Assembly: GCA_004799545.1 (NCBI GenBank)
Contig: SSMU01000019.1
Coordinates: forward strand, 151 to 64,150
Reading direction: 5' to 3'
DNA length: 64,000 nucleotides
Source: Phenylobacterium sp.
GTDB taxonomy: Bacteria > Pseudomonadota > Alphaproteobacteria > Caulobacterales > Caulobacteraceae
Made by a program: the position numbers and the translations under genes. Under the pieces are notes generated by a model. It was not told where the DNA came from, did not search any database, and saw only the letters and a program-made list of their open reading frames with translations. Each line of letters begins with the position of its first letter. Positions within the stretch are counted from its first letter, which is position 1. Below, in pieces: positions 1 to 8,602 of this stretch.

Positions 1-546
1 GTCCAGAACGCCGCCGGCGCCTACGTGCCCTACACCGGACCCGGTGGCGTCCAGCGCGGTCAGAGCATTGTCGGCAGCCAGCTGCCGAACGCGCCGAAGA
101 ACAAGATCGCGATCAACACCAACTACACCTACGAGATGGAGAACGGCTCGCTCATCGGCTCGGTCAGCTACATCTGGCGTGACAAGCAGTACGGCTCGCT
201 GTTCAACCGCGACTACTACATCGCGCCGTCCTACGACCAGTGGGACGCCCGCGTGACCTACAAGGCGCAGAACAACCACTACACGATCATCGCCTTCATC
301 AAGAATATCGGGAACACCCTCGGCTACGAAGGCGGCTCCACCGCCAGCCGTCGCGCGGGCTTCCTGCCGGGCTATGTCACCGGCGCCAACACCGGGGCGG
401 GCGCGCTCACGCCCATCCCGGTCACGGCCCAGGGCACCTCGGTGGCCAACATCGCCCCGGTGCATATCCAGGAAAGCGGCATCGCGGTGGGCTACCTGCT
501 CACCCCGCCCCGCACCTACGGCATCGAACTGCAGTACCGCTTCTAA
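1..546 (+). CDS. TonB-dependent receptor, C-terminal fragment (5' end outside window)
   Basis: The frame is open from base 1 and matches track ORF 25..546. The protein ends ...TPPRTYGIELQYRF; a terminal Phe is typical of the last strand of TonB-dependent outer-membrane barrels. Confidence 0.8.
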   Translation, partial: VQNAAGAYVPYTGPGGVQRGQSIVGSQLPNAPKNKIAINTNYTYEMENGSLIGSVSYIWRDKQYGSLFNRDYYIAPSYDQWDARVTYKAQNNHYTIIAFIKNIGNTLGYEGGSTASRRAGFLPGYVTGANTGAGALTPIPVTAQGTSVANIAPVHIQESGIAVGYLLTPPRTYGIELQYRF

Positions 547-571
547 GAGGCGGGCCTGATCCAAGGACCAA

Positions 572-604
572 GGCGCTCCGCTCCGGCGGGGCGCCTTTTT
601 CTTT
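572..604 (+). terminator. Rho-independent terminator after the receptor gene
   Basis: A 9-bp GC-rich stem (GGCGCTCCG 572-580 pairing with CGGGGCGCC 587-595, one G-U pair) has a 6-nt loop and is followed by TTTTTCTTT. It starts 26 nt after the stop codon. Confidence 0.7.
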
Positions 605-619
605 GCCCGGACCCCGGCC

Positions 620-1021
620 TCAGGCCGCGGCGGTGATCTCGGCGATCCGGGCGATCAGCCCGGCCCAGGCCTGGGCATAGGCCGGCGTCCACTCGGGGCC
701 CATCAGCTCGGCGAAGGTCTCCACGCTCACCTCGAAGAAGGTGGCGAAGATCTCCCGCGGCACGCCGACCCCGTCGTGGTTCACCGCCTCGCAGGCGATG
801 AAGTTGGCCGCATAGGCGTTGGGGCCGGCCAGGTCGAGGGCGCACTCCAGGGTCTTGGTCAGCATCTCGCCGCGGATCGCCCCGTCGCGGTCGCGCACGA
901 ACAGCGCCTCCATGTCCGGGAAACGGGCGAACAGCCGCGCATAGACCGCCGGCGTCGGGTCGCCGGCCCGCTCCACCAACCGCTCCAGGCTCTCCTCGAT
1001 CAGCAGGCTCTCGGCGGTCAT
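620..1021 (-). CDS. globin-family protein (133 aa)
   Basis: This is the C-terminal part of track ORF 620..1762, starting at ATG 1021 (MTAESLLIEESLERLVE...). The pattern is globin-like (..FARFPDMEALF.., ..EAVNHDGVGVPREIF.. as candidate proximal His). The upstream part of the ORF is RG-rich noise. Confidence 0.6.
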   Translation of the reverse strand: MTAESLLIEESLERLVERAGDPTPAVYARLFARFPDMEALFVRDRDGAIRGEMLTKTLECALDLAGPNAYAANFIACEAVNHDGVGVPREIFATFFEVSVETFAELMGPEWTPAYAQAWAGLIARIAEITAAA

Positions 1022-1102
1022 GGGCGCCCCGGGACTTGACCTCGGCCGCAAAGGCCGCCCCTTGCCTATAGCCGCGCGGAGACGGCGCCGGGAGGCCAGG
1101 CG

Positions 1103-1942
1103 ATGCAGTTCCAGGAAATCCTCTACACCCATCGGGACGGCGTCGCGCAGATCACCCTGAACCGGCCAGCCTATCGCAACGCCCAGGGCTACCGGATGCT
1201 GGACGAGATCGACGCGGCCTTCGACCTGGCCCGGGCCGAGCGCGAGGTGCGGGTGGTGGTGGTGCGCGGCGCCGGCGGGGTGTTCTCCACCGGCCACGAC
1301 CTCGGCACGCCGGAGGGCATGGAATACCGCTACGGCCTGGGCGCCAAGGAAGGCATCGAGACCTACGACCAGTTCAAGAAATACAACCTCGACCTGCTGG
1401 TGAAGTGGCGGAACTTCCCCAAGCCCACCGTCGCCATGGTCGAGGGCTACTGCATCTACGCCGGCTGGATGCTGGCGGCCGCCATGGACGTGGTGTTCGC
1501 CTCGGAGGATGCGGAGTTCCTGGGCGGCTTCGTGGAGTACAACTCCATCCCCTGGGACATCGGCGTCCGCCGCGCCAAGGAGCTGTGCTTCGAGAGCCGG
1601 TTCATCACTGCGGCCGAGGCGGCGCAATACGGCTTCGTCAACCGCGTGCTGCCGAAGGCCGACCTCGAGCGCGAGACCCTGGCCTGGGCCCGCCGCGTGG
1701 CCGAGAACAGCCCCGAGACGCTGCGGATGGCCAAGATCCAGATGAACAAGGCCCAGGACCACCAGGGCTTCACCAATGCGGTCGAAGACAGCCTCGGCGA
1801 CTACCAGGCGATGATCTATATGCCGGGCAACCCGCAGCGGGTGGAGGGCCAGCGGCGGCTGCTCTCCGTGGACCTGGCGGTGAAGGGCCGGCGCGGCGAA
1901 CGCTTCGGCCTAGGTGCGGACAAGACAACGCCCGCGGAATAG
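1103..1942 (+). CDS. enoyl-CoA hydratase/isomerase (crotonase) family protein
   Basis: The N-terminus MQFQEILYTHRDGVAQITLNRPAYRNAQ...VVVVRGAGGVFSTGHDLG is a classic crotonase-fold sequence. GGAGG lies upstream of the ATG. Confidence 0.85.
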   Translation: MQFQEILYTHRDGVAQITLNRPAYRNAQGYRMLDEIDAAFDLARAEREVRVVVVRGAGGVFSTGHDLGTPEGMEYRYGLGAKEGIETYDQFKKYNLDLLVKWRNFPKPTVAMVEGYCIYAGWMLAAAMDVVFASEDAEFLGGFVEYNSIPWDIGVRRAKELCFESRFITAAEAAQYGFVNRVLPKADLERETLAWARRVAENSPETLRMAKIQMNKAQDHQGFTNAVEDSLGDYQAMIYMPGNPQRVEGQRRLLSVDLAVKGRRGERFGLGADKTTPAE

Positions 1943-1959
1943 CGGGACGGAACGAGGGG

Positions 1960-2958
1960 ATGACGACGATGAGCGAGACCTTCCGGGCGCTGCGGGCGCA
2001 CAAGACCGACGCCGGCCAGGAGGTGCGCTTCGAGGACCTCACCGTCGAGGACCTGATGGACGGCGACGTGGTGGTCCGCGTCGAGGCCACCACCGTCAAT
2101 TTCAAGGACGGCCTGGCGCTCACCGGCAAGTCGCCGATCATCCGCGCCTGGCCGCTGGTGCCGGGGATCGACTTCGCCGGCGTGGTCGAGAGCTCATCCA
2201 ACCCGGAGTTCAAGCCCGGCGACCGGGTGGTGCTGAACGGCTTCGGGGTCGGCGAGAGCCATTCGGGCGGCTTCGCCCAGAAGGCGCGCATCAAGGGCGA
2301 CTGGCTGGTCAAGCTGCCGGACGCCATCTCGTCGGCCCACGCCATGGCGATCGGCACGGCGGGCTACACCGCCATGCTCAGCGTCCTGCGCCTCGAGCAG
2401 CTGGGGGTGACGCCGGACAAGGGCGAGGTGCTGGTGACCGGCGCGGCCGGCGGGGTGGGCGGCGTGGCCATCGCCCTGCTCTCCCGGCTCGGCTATCAGG
2501 TGGTGGCCTCCTCGCGGCGCAAGGACAGCGAGGGCGACTATCTGCGCGGCCTGGGGGCGACGGACGTGGTCGACGCCGCCGATTTCCAAGGCCCGGCCCG
2601 GCCGCTGGCCCGCGAGCGCTGGGCGGGCGCGGTGGACGCGGTCGGCAGCCACACCCTTGCCAACGTCCTCTCCCAGACCCGCTACGGCGGCGTGGTCACC
2701 GCCTGCGGCCTGGCCCAGGGCATGGACCTGCCGGGTTCGGTGGCGCCCTTCATCCTGCGCGGCGTGACCCTGGCCGGCATCGACAGCGTGATGCGGCCCA
2801 GGGTCGATCGCGTGGAGGCCTGGGGCCGGCTCGCCCGCGACCTCGACCTCGGCAAGCTGGACGCCATGACCACGCGCGCGACGCTCGACGACCTGCCGCG
2901 GCTCGGCGCCGAGATCGTCGAGGGCAAGGTGCGCGGCCGGATCGTGGTGGCGGTCTAA
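1960..2958 (+). CDS. YhdH/AcuI-type MDR oxidoreductase (acrylyl-CoA reductase-like)
   Basis: The start is an in-frame ATG at 1960 inside track ORF 1405..2958, preceded by GAGGGG. The sequence MTTMSETFRALRAHKTD...TTVNFKDGLALTGKSPIIRAWPLVPGIDFAGVV...GAAGGVGG matches the YhdH family pattern. Confidence 0.8.
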   Translation: MTTMSETFRALRAHKTDAGQEVRFEDLTVEDLMDGDVVVRVEATTVNFKDGLALTGKSPIIRAWPLVPGIDFAGVVESSSNPEFKPGDRVVLNGFGVGESHSGGFAQKARIKGDWLVKLPDAISSAHAMAIGTAGYTAMLSVLRLEQLGVTPDKGEVLVTGAAGGVGGVAIALLSRLGYQVVASSRRKDSEGDYLRGLGATDVVDAADFQGPARPLARERWAGAVDAVGSHTLANVLSQTRYGGVVTACGLAQGMDLPGSVAPFILRGVTLAGIDSVMRPRVDRVEAWGRLARDLDLGKLDAMTTRATLDDLPRLGAEIVEGKVRGRIVVAV

Positions 2959-2990
2959 ACGCCCCCCGCGAAGCGAGAGGCGAGCGGCAT

Positions 2991-3470
2991 CTACAGCGAG
3001 GTCTCGATCGCGCCGGTGACCTCGTCGTCCATCGGGTCGGTGCGCGGGCCGAAGGCGCGGATCGCCGCGCCATCCTTGCCGACCAGGATCTTGTGGAAGT
3101 TCCACACCGGCTCGGCCGGCTCGCCCAGCTGGTCCTTGGCCCACTTGTAGAACGGGTGGGCGGCGTCGCCCTTCACATCGACCTTCGAGGTCAGCGGGAA
3201 GTCGACGGAGAACCGGGTCTCGCAGAAGTCCTTGATCTCGGCCTCGGTCCCCGGCTCCTGACCGGCGAACTGGTTGCAGGGCACGCCCAGCACCACCAGG
3301 CCGCGGTCCTTGTATTCGGAATAGAGCTTCTCCAGCCCGTCGTACTGCGGGGTCAGCCCGCACTTCGAGGCGGTGTTGACCACCAGCACCACCTTGTCGC
3401 GGAAGCTGGTGAGCGGCAGGGCTTCACCGTCGATGGTCTGGAAGGCGAAGTCGTGGGCGCTTGCGGTCAT
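2991..3470 (-). CDS. glutathione peroxidase
   Basis: MTASAHDFAFQTIDGEALPLTSFRDKVVLVVNTASKCGLTPQYDGLEKLYSEYKDRGLVVLGVPCNQFAGQEPG is a canonical GPx motif. The start is taken at ATG 3470 inside track ORF 2991..3527. Confidence 0.9.
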   Translation of the reverse strand: MTASAHDFAFQTIDGEALPLTSFRDKVVLVVNTASKCGLTPQYDGLEKLYSEYKDRGLVVLGVPCNQFAGQEPGTEAEIKDFCETRFSVDFPLTSKVDVKGDAAHPFYKWAKDQLGEPAEPVWNFHKILVGKDGAAIRAFGPRTDPMDDEVTGAIETSL

Positions 3471-3572
3471 GGCGGCTTCCTCCGGGTTTGGGCGCAGCAG
3501 CTTACGCCCGCCAAGGGCGCGCTCCAATCGCGGTGGATGTGCGCGCCCCGGCGTGGCCGTCTTTCGCCGCCG

Positions 3573-4493
3573 TCAGCCCGCCGCCAGCGCCTGTTCGACG
3601 GCGAGCGCCAGGTCGAGGGCGCGGATCGCCTCCTCGGCGGTGACCACCGGCCGGGGCGCCTCGCCGCGCACCGCGGCCAGGAAGCCCTCGACGCTGGCGC
3701 CCAGCGGGTCCCGGCCGGCCGGCGTGTCGGCGTAGTCGGCGTTGAGCGCGAAGGGGGTGGTGTTGCGCAGGGTGCGCGCCACGAAGTCGATCTCGATCTC
3801 GCCGGAGGGATAGACCACCCGCATGGTGCGCTTGCGGGCCGGCGCCTGGCGCGAGACGTCGAAGATGGCTGTGAAGCCGTCCTCGAAGCTGACCTCGCTG
3901 CGGGCCACGTCCCAAACCCCGTCGTCGCTGAGCCGCCCCTCGCCTTCCGCGGTCACCGGATCGGCCGCGGAGATGGCCAGCGCCAGGTCGATGTCGTGGA
4001 CCATCAGGTCGAGAACGGCGGAGACGTCGCGGCTGCGGTCCGACGGCGGGCCGTGGCGCAGGGCCTCGAGGAACCGCGGCTGCTCGGGGATGTCGAGCAG
4101 GCCCATGGCGCGGAACGCCACCCGCTCCTGGTGCCCGCAGGCCACCACCAGCCCCTTGGCGGCCGCGGCGGCGCGAACCTTCTCGCCGTCCGCGACGCTG
4201 ATCGCGATCGGCTTCTCAACATAGACCGGCTTCCCGGCGGCGATCGCCGCCAGGGCCTGCTCGGCGTGGAAGGTGGCGGGCGAGGCGATGGTCACCACGT
4301 CCACCGCGTCGAGGAAGGCATCCATCTCGTGGAAGGCGCGGCCGCCCAGCGGCACGGCGACCCCGGCGGCCCGCTCCGGATGCGGGTCCAGCACGGCCGA
4401 CAGGTGCACGCCCGGCAGCCGCGCATACTGGCGCGCGTGGTAGCCGCCGAACACCCCGGCGCCGATCACCCCGCCTCTCAGGGACTCAGCCAT
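3573..4493 (-). CDS. Gfo/Idh/MocA family oxidoreductase
   Basis: The N-terminal Rossmann motif GGVIGAGVFGGYHARQYARLPGVHLSAVLD and the 306-aa length fit the family. Confidence 0.8.
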   Translation of the reverse strand: MAESLRGGVIGAGVFGGYHARQYARLPGVHLSAVLDPHPERAAGVAVPLGGRAFHEMDAFLDAVDVVTIASPATFHAEQALAAIAAGKPVYVEKPIAISVADGEKVRAAAAAKGLVVACGHQERVAFRAMGLLDIPEQPRFLEALRHGPPSDRSRDVSAVLDLMVHDIDLALAISAADPVTAEGEGRLSDDGVWDVARSEVSFEDGFTAIFDVSRQAPARKRTMRVVYPSGEIEIDFVARTLRNTTPFALNADYADTPAGRDPLGASVEGFLAAVRGEAPRPVVTAEEAIRALDLALAVEQALAAG

Positions 4494-4608
4494 TCAACAC
4501 TCCGAATTGGGCGGAGCGCCTAGCATGCCGTGGGCCCTCGACGCCACCCGGGCCGGCAAGCTAAACAGTCGTTTGAACCGCCCGCGTCGACGCGGCAGGA
4601 GGAACCCC

Positions 4609-5610
4609 ATGACCACCGTCAAAGAGATCCGGCTGAAGAGCCGCCCGCAGGGCCTGCCGAGCCGCGACAACTTCGAGATGGCCAGCGTCGAGCTGGCGGC
4701 GCCCGGCCCGGGCGAGGTGCAGGTCAAGAACCTCTGGATGACCGTCGATCCCTACATGCGCGGGCGCATGAACGACGTGAAGAGCTACGCCCCGCCGTTC
4801 GCGCTCGGCAAGGCGATGGACGGCGGCGCGATCGGCGAGGTCACCGCCTCCAACGATCCGAAATTCAAGGCAGGCGACCTCGTGCAGTCGGGCTTCGGCT
4901 GGCGCGAGGGCTTCAACGCCCCGGCCGCCGCCCTCCAGCCGCTCGACCCGCGCGGCCTGCCGCCCCAGGCCTTCCTGGGCGCCGCCGGCATGCCGGGCCT
5001 CACCGCCTACGCCGGCCTCTTGAAGATCGCCGCGCTGAAGGACGGCGACGTGGTGTTCGTCTCCGGCGCGGCGGGCGCCGTGGGCTCGATGGTCTGCCAG
5101 ATCGCCAAGGCCAAGGGGCACAAGGTGATCGGCTCGGCGGGCGGCGCCGACAAGGTCGCCTTCCTGAAGGAGATCGGGGTCGACCACGCCATCGACTACA
5201 AGGCCGAGAAGGACCTGACCGCGGCCATCCTGGCCGGCGCGCCGGAGGGCATCGACGTCTATTTCGACAACGTCGGCGGCCCGCACCTGGAAGCCGCGCT
5301 CAACGCCGCCAAGCTGTTCTCCCGCTTCGCGATCTGCGGGATGATCTCGATCTACAACGCCACCACCCCGCAGCCCGGCCCCTCCAACCTCGCCCTCTTG
5401 ATCGGCAAGAACATCCGCATGGAAGGCTTCATCGTGTCCCACCACTTCGACATGATGCCGAAATACATCGACGAGCTCTCCGGCTGGGTGAAGGCCGGCA
5501 AGGTGAAGTGGACGGAGACCATCTTCGAGGGCATCGACAAGGCGCCCGACGCCTTCCTGGGGCTGTTCTCCGGCGAAAACACGGGCAAGATGCTGGTCAA
5601 GCTCGCCTGA
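4609..5610 (+). CDS. NADP-dependent oxidoreductase (MDR, alkenal/one reductase YncB/CurA-like)
   Basis: The start is ATG 4609, after GGAGGAA, within track ORF 4507..5610. Family pattern: MTTVKEIRLKSRPQGLPSRDNFEMASVELAAPGPGEVQVKNLWMTVDPYMRGRM...VSGAAGAVGS. Confidence 0.8.
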   Translation: MTTVKEIRLKSRPQGLPSRDNFEMASVELAAPGPGEVQVKNLWMTVDPYMRGRMNDVKSYAPPFALGKAMDGGAIGEVTASNDPKFKAGDLVQSGFGWREGFNAPAAALQPLDPRGLPPQAFLGAAGMPGLTAYAGLLKIAALKDGDVVFVSGAAGAVGSMVCQIAKAKGHKVIGSAGGADKVAFLKEIGVDHAIDYKAEKDLTAAILAGAPEGIDVYFDNVGGPHLEAALNAAKLFSRFAICGMISIYNATTPQPGPSNLALLIGKNIRMEGFIVSHHFDMMPKYIDELSGWVKAGKVKWTETIFEGIDKAPDAFLGLFSGENTGKMLVKLA

Positions 5611-5691
5611 GCTGACGGCCGGACGCGGGGGACGTTGGACCGCAGGGCCCCGGGGTTCTAGAACCCTCGTTGACCGAGTTGGAGCTCCCCC

Positions 5692-6594
5692 GTGCCGCGC
5701 CTGTTCAGCGCCTATGTGATCGTCGACTGGAGCGCCGCGGCCAAGCCCACCGCGGGCGCGGACTCCGTGTGGATCGGCGTGCTCAAGCGCGATGTGCGCT
5801 TCCGCATGGCCTTCGAGAGCTACAACCCGCCGACCCGCGCCGAAGCGGAGACGCGGCTGACGGCGATCTTCGACGACCTCGCCAAGCGCTCCGAGCGCGC
5901 CCTGCTGGGCTTCGACTTCCCGCTGGGCTTCCCGCGCGGCTTCGCCAGCGCCCTGAAGCTGACCGCCGAGCCGCCCTGGCGCGCCGCCTGGGACCAGCTC
6001 GACCGGATGGTCAAGGACAAGGCCGACAACACCAACAACCGGTTCGGCGTGGGCTCGGAGATCAACCGGCGGATGACCGGCGGCCCCTTCCCGTTCTGGG
6101 GCTGCCCGCCCAAGGACACGCTGACCACCCTGCAGCCCAAGCGCAGCCGCGTCCACGGCCCGGACGACCTGCCGGAGTTCCGCCACGCCGACCTGGCGGC
6201 CAAGGGGGCGGCCTCGATCTGGAAGCTCTACTACAACGGCTCGGTCGGCGGTCAGGCGCTGCTGGGCATCCCCTTCGTACGGCGGATGAAGCTGGCGCGC
6301 GGCGAGGCGATGCGGGTCTGGCCCTTCGAGACCGGCTTCAAGCCGCTCACCGAGGCGGACCTGGCCGGGGTGCGGATTGTGACGGCCGAGGTCTACCCCT
6401 CGCTGCTGAAGCCGGAGGGTGCGCCCGGCGAGGTGAAGGACCTGACCCAGGTGCGGACCACCGCCGAGCACTTCGCCCGCCTCGACGAGGCGAACAAGCT
6501 CGGCCTGCTGTTCGGGCCGCCCAAGGGAACCGCCACCGACGTCGTGCTCGACGCCGAACGCGAGGAAGGCTGGATCCTGGGCGCCGGCGCCTGA
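5692..6594 (+). CDS. hypothetical protein (possible DUF429/RNase H-like fold)
   Basis: 300-aa ORF with a GTG start and GC-rich third codon positions. The N-terminus YVIVDWSAAAKPTAGADSVWIGVL resembles the DUF429 type start. No function is recognisable from the sequence alone. Confidence 0.5.
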   Translation: MPRLFSAYVIVDWSAAAKPTAGADSVWIGVLKRDVRFRMAFESYNPPTRAEAETRLTAIFDDLAKRSERALLGFDFPLGFPRGFASALKLTAEPPWRAAWDQLDRMVKDKADNTNNRFGVGSEINRRMTGGPFPFWGCPPKDTLTTLQPKRSRVHGPDDLPEFRHADLAAKGAASIWKLYYNGSVGGQALLGIPFVRRMKLARGEAMRVWPFETGFKPLTEADLAGVRIVTAEVYPSLLKPEGAPGEVKDLTQVRTTAEHFARLDEANKLGLLFGPPKGTATDVVLDAEREEGWILGAGA

Positions 6595-6667
6595 TCGGCG
6601 CGGAACGGGCTTGGCGAACGGCGTTGGCTGGGGTCCACTGCGTCCCGCCTTGAGGTCGGGGGCGGCC

Positions 6668-8602
6668 ATGATCAGAAATGTCCTGCTGGCGATCGCGGCG
6701 ACGCTGGCGCTCGCGGCCTGCTCGAATCCCACGACGCGGCCGGTGGCCCGCGCGCCCGACGTCGGCTGGGCCTTCTACGGCGGCGACGCCGGCGGCCAGC
6801 GGTTCTCCAGCGCCGCCCAGATCACGCCCGCGAACGTCCGCGATCTCGCGGTCGCCTGGACCTATTCCACCGGCGAGATGGCGCGCCACGGGCCGCTGAA
6901 GCGCGCCTCCTTCGAAGACACCCCGACCCTGGCGGGCGGCCGGGTCTATATCTGCTCGCAGTTCGACGCGGTCTCGGCGCTCGATCCGGCCACCGGCAAG
7001 CCGCTCTGGAGCTTCGACCCGAAGGTCGCGCCGAACGTGCTCTATCCGAACGACTACGCCTGCCGCGGCGTGACCTACTGGCGTGACCCCGGCGTGGCCG
7101 ACAACGTGCGCTGCTCCGAGCGGGTCTATGTCGGGACGGTCGATCGGCGGCTGATCGCCCTCGATGCGGCGACTGGCGCGCCCTGCGCGGGCTTTGGCCA
7201 GGCCGGGACCGTCGACGTGGGGGCCGGCGTCGTGCTGGAGCGCAACGGCCAGATGCAGATCACCTCGCCGCCGGTGATCGTCAAGGATACCCTGATCGTC
7301 GGCTCCTCGCTCGACGACAACCAGCGGGTCCGGGAGGTGTCCGGCGCGGTGCGCGCCTACGACGTGCGGACCGGCGCGCCGAAGTGGAGCTTCGATCCCC
7401 TCGCCTCCCAGGCCCCCGGCAACGTCTCCGGCGCGGCCAACGCCTGGGCGCCCATGTCGGTGGACGTGACGCGTGGGCTGGTCTTCGTGCCCACCACCAA
7501 CCCGAGCCCGGACTTCTTCGGCGGCCTGCGGAAGGGCCCCGACGGCCAGGCCAACTCGGTCGTGGCGCTGGACGCCGCCACCGGACGCGTGGCCTGGAGC
7601 TTCCAGACCACCCACCACGACGTCTGGGATTACGACATCCCGGCCCAGCCGACCCTGGGTGACGTGGCCTATGGCGGCCGGGTCACCCCGGCGGTGATCC
7701 AGGCCACCAAGCAGGGGCTGATCTTCACCCTGGCCCGCGACACCGGCGCGCCGGTGATCCCGGTGGATGAGCGCCCGGTCCCGCAGGGCGGCGCGCCGGG
7801 CGAGGCGCTGTCGCCGACCCAGCCCTTCCCGCGGCTGCCGAAGCCGCTCGGCCCGGCCACGATCCGGCCCGAGGACGCCTTTGGCGTCGGCCCGATGGGT
7901 CGCGACGGCTGCCGCAAGAAGATCGCCGCCGCCCGGTTCGACGGCATGTACACGCCGCCCTCGACGCAGGGGAGCATCGTCTATCCGTTCACCGGCGGCG
8001 GCGTGAACTGGGGCGGGTTGGCCTTCGATGAGCGGCGGCAGGTGGTCTATGTGAACACCTCCAACGCCTTGCACCTGGTCACCCTGATCCCCGCCGACCA
8101 GGTGGCCGCCGCCCGCCGCGCCGAGCCCAATGTCGAGATCTCGCCGCAGAAGGGCGCGCCTTTCGGCATGCGCCGGCAGGTGATGCAGGGGCTGTTCGGC
8201 CTGCCCTGCAACCCGCCGCCCTGGGGCCAGCTGCACGCCATCGACATGCGGACCGGCCAAGTGCTGTGGGAGGTCCCGCTCGGCACCACCCGCGACCTGG
8301 CGCCGGGCAGCCAGCTGTTCCTGCGCCACACCGGCACGCCGAACTTTGGCGGGCCGATCGCCACCGGCTCGGGTCTGGTGTTCATCGGGGCTGCGATGGA
8401 CGACTACCTGCGCGCCTTCGACGCCGCGAACGGCAAGGAGCTGTGGCGCGGCCGGCTGCCCGCCGGCGGCCAGGCGACGCCGATGACCTATGTCTGGAAG
8501 GGTCGGCAGTATGTGGTGATCGCCGCCGGCGGCCACGCCAAGTCCGGCACCAAGCGCGGCGACACGGTGGTGGCCTACGCCCTGCCCGGCCCGCTCAGCT
8601 AG
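6668..8602 (+). CDS. PQQ-dependent dehydrogenase (quinoprotein glucose/aldose dehydrogenase family), lipoprotein
   Basis: ATG at 6668. The signal peptide carries a lipobox (MIRNVLLAIAATLALAACS). It is followed by WAFYGGDAGGQRFSSAAQITPANVRDLAVAWTY and repeated propeller W-motifs typical of quinoproteins. Confidence 0.8.
   Translation: MIRNVLLAIAATLALAACSNPTTRPVARAPDVGWAFYGGDAGGQRFSSAAQITPANVRDLAVAWTYSTGEMARHGPLKRASFEDTPTLAGGRVYICSQFDAVSALDPATGKPLWSFDPKVAPNVLYPNDYACRGVTYWRDPGVADNVRCSERVYVGTVDRRLIALDAATGAPCAGFGQAGTVDVGAGVVLERNGQMQITSPPVIVKDTLIVGSSLDDNQRVREVSGAVRAYDVRTGAPKWSFDPLASQAPGNVSGAANAWAPMSVDVTRGLVFVPTTNPSPDFFGGLRKGPDGQANSVVALDAATGRVAWSFQTTHHDVWDYDIPAQPTLGDVAYGGRVTPAVIQATKQGLIFTLARDTGAPVIPVDERPVPQGGAPGEALSPTQPFPRLPKPLGPATIRPEDAFGVGPMGRDGCRKKIAAARFDGMYTPPSTQGSIVYPFTGGGVNWGGLAFDERRQVVYVNTSNALHLVTLIPADQVAAARRAEPNVEISPQKGAPFGMRRQVMQGLFGLPCNPPPWGQLHAIDMRTGQVLWEVPLGTTRDLAPGSQLFLRHTGTPNFGGPIATGSGLVFIGAAMDDYLRAFDAANGKELWRGRLPAGGQATPMTYVWKGRQYVVIAAGGHAKSGTKRGDTVVAYALPGPLS

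Noticed and set aside
6602-6625. GGAAC-N15-CGTT upstream of the PQQ dehydrogenase gene. A second near-match, GGAAAC-N17-CGTT, lies at 16101-16127 upstream of the hypothetical gene at 16155.
   Set aside because: The first spacer is one nt too short, and the second has a -35 element disrupted by an extra A relative to the GGAAC-N16/17-CGTT consensus. They may be weak sites, but the sequence alone does not support calling them.
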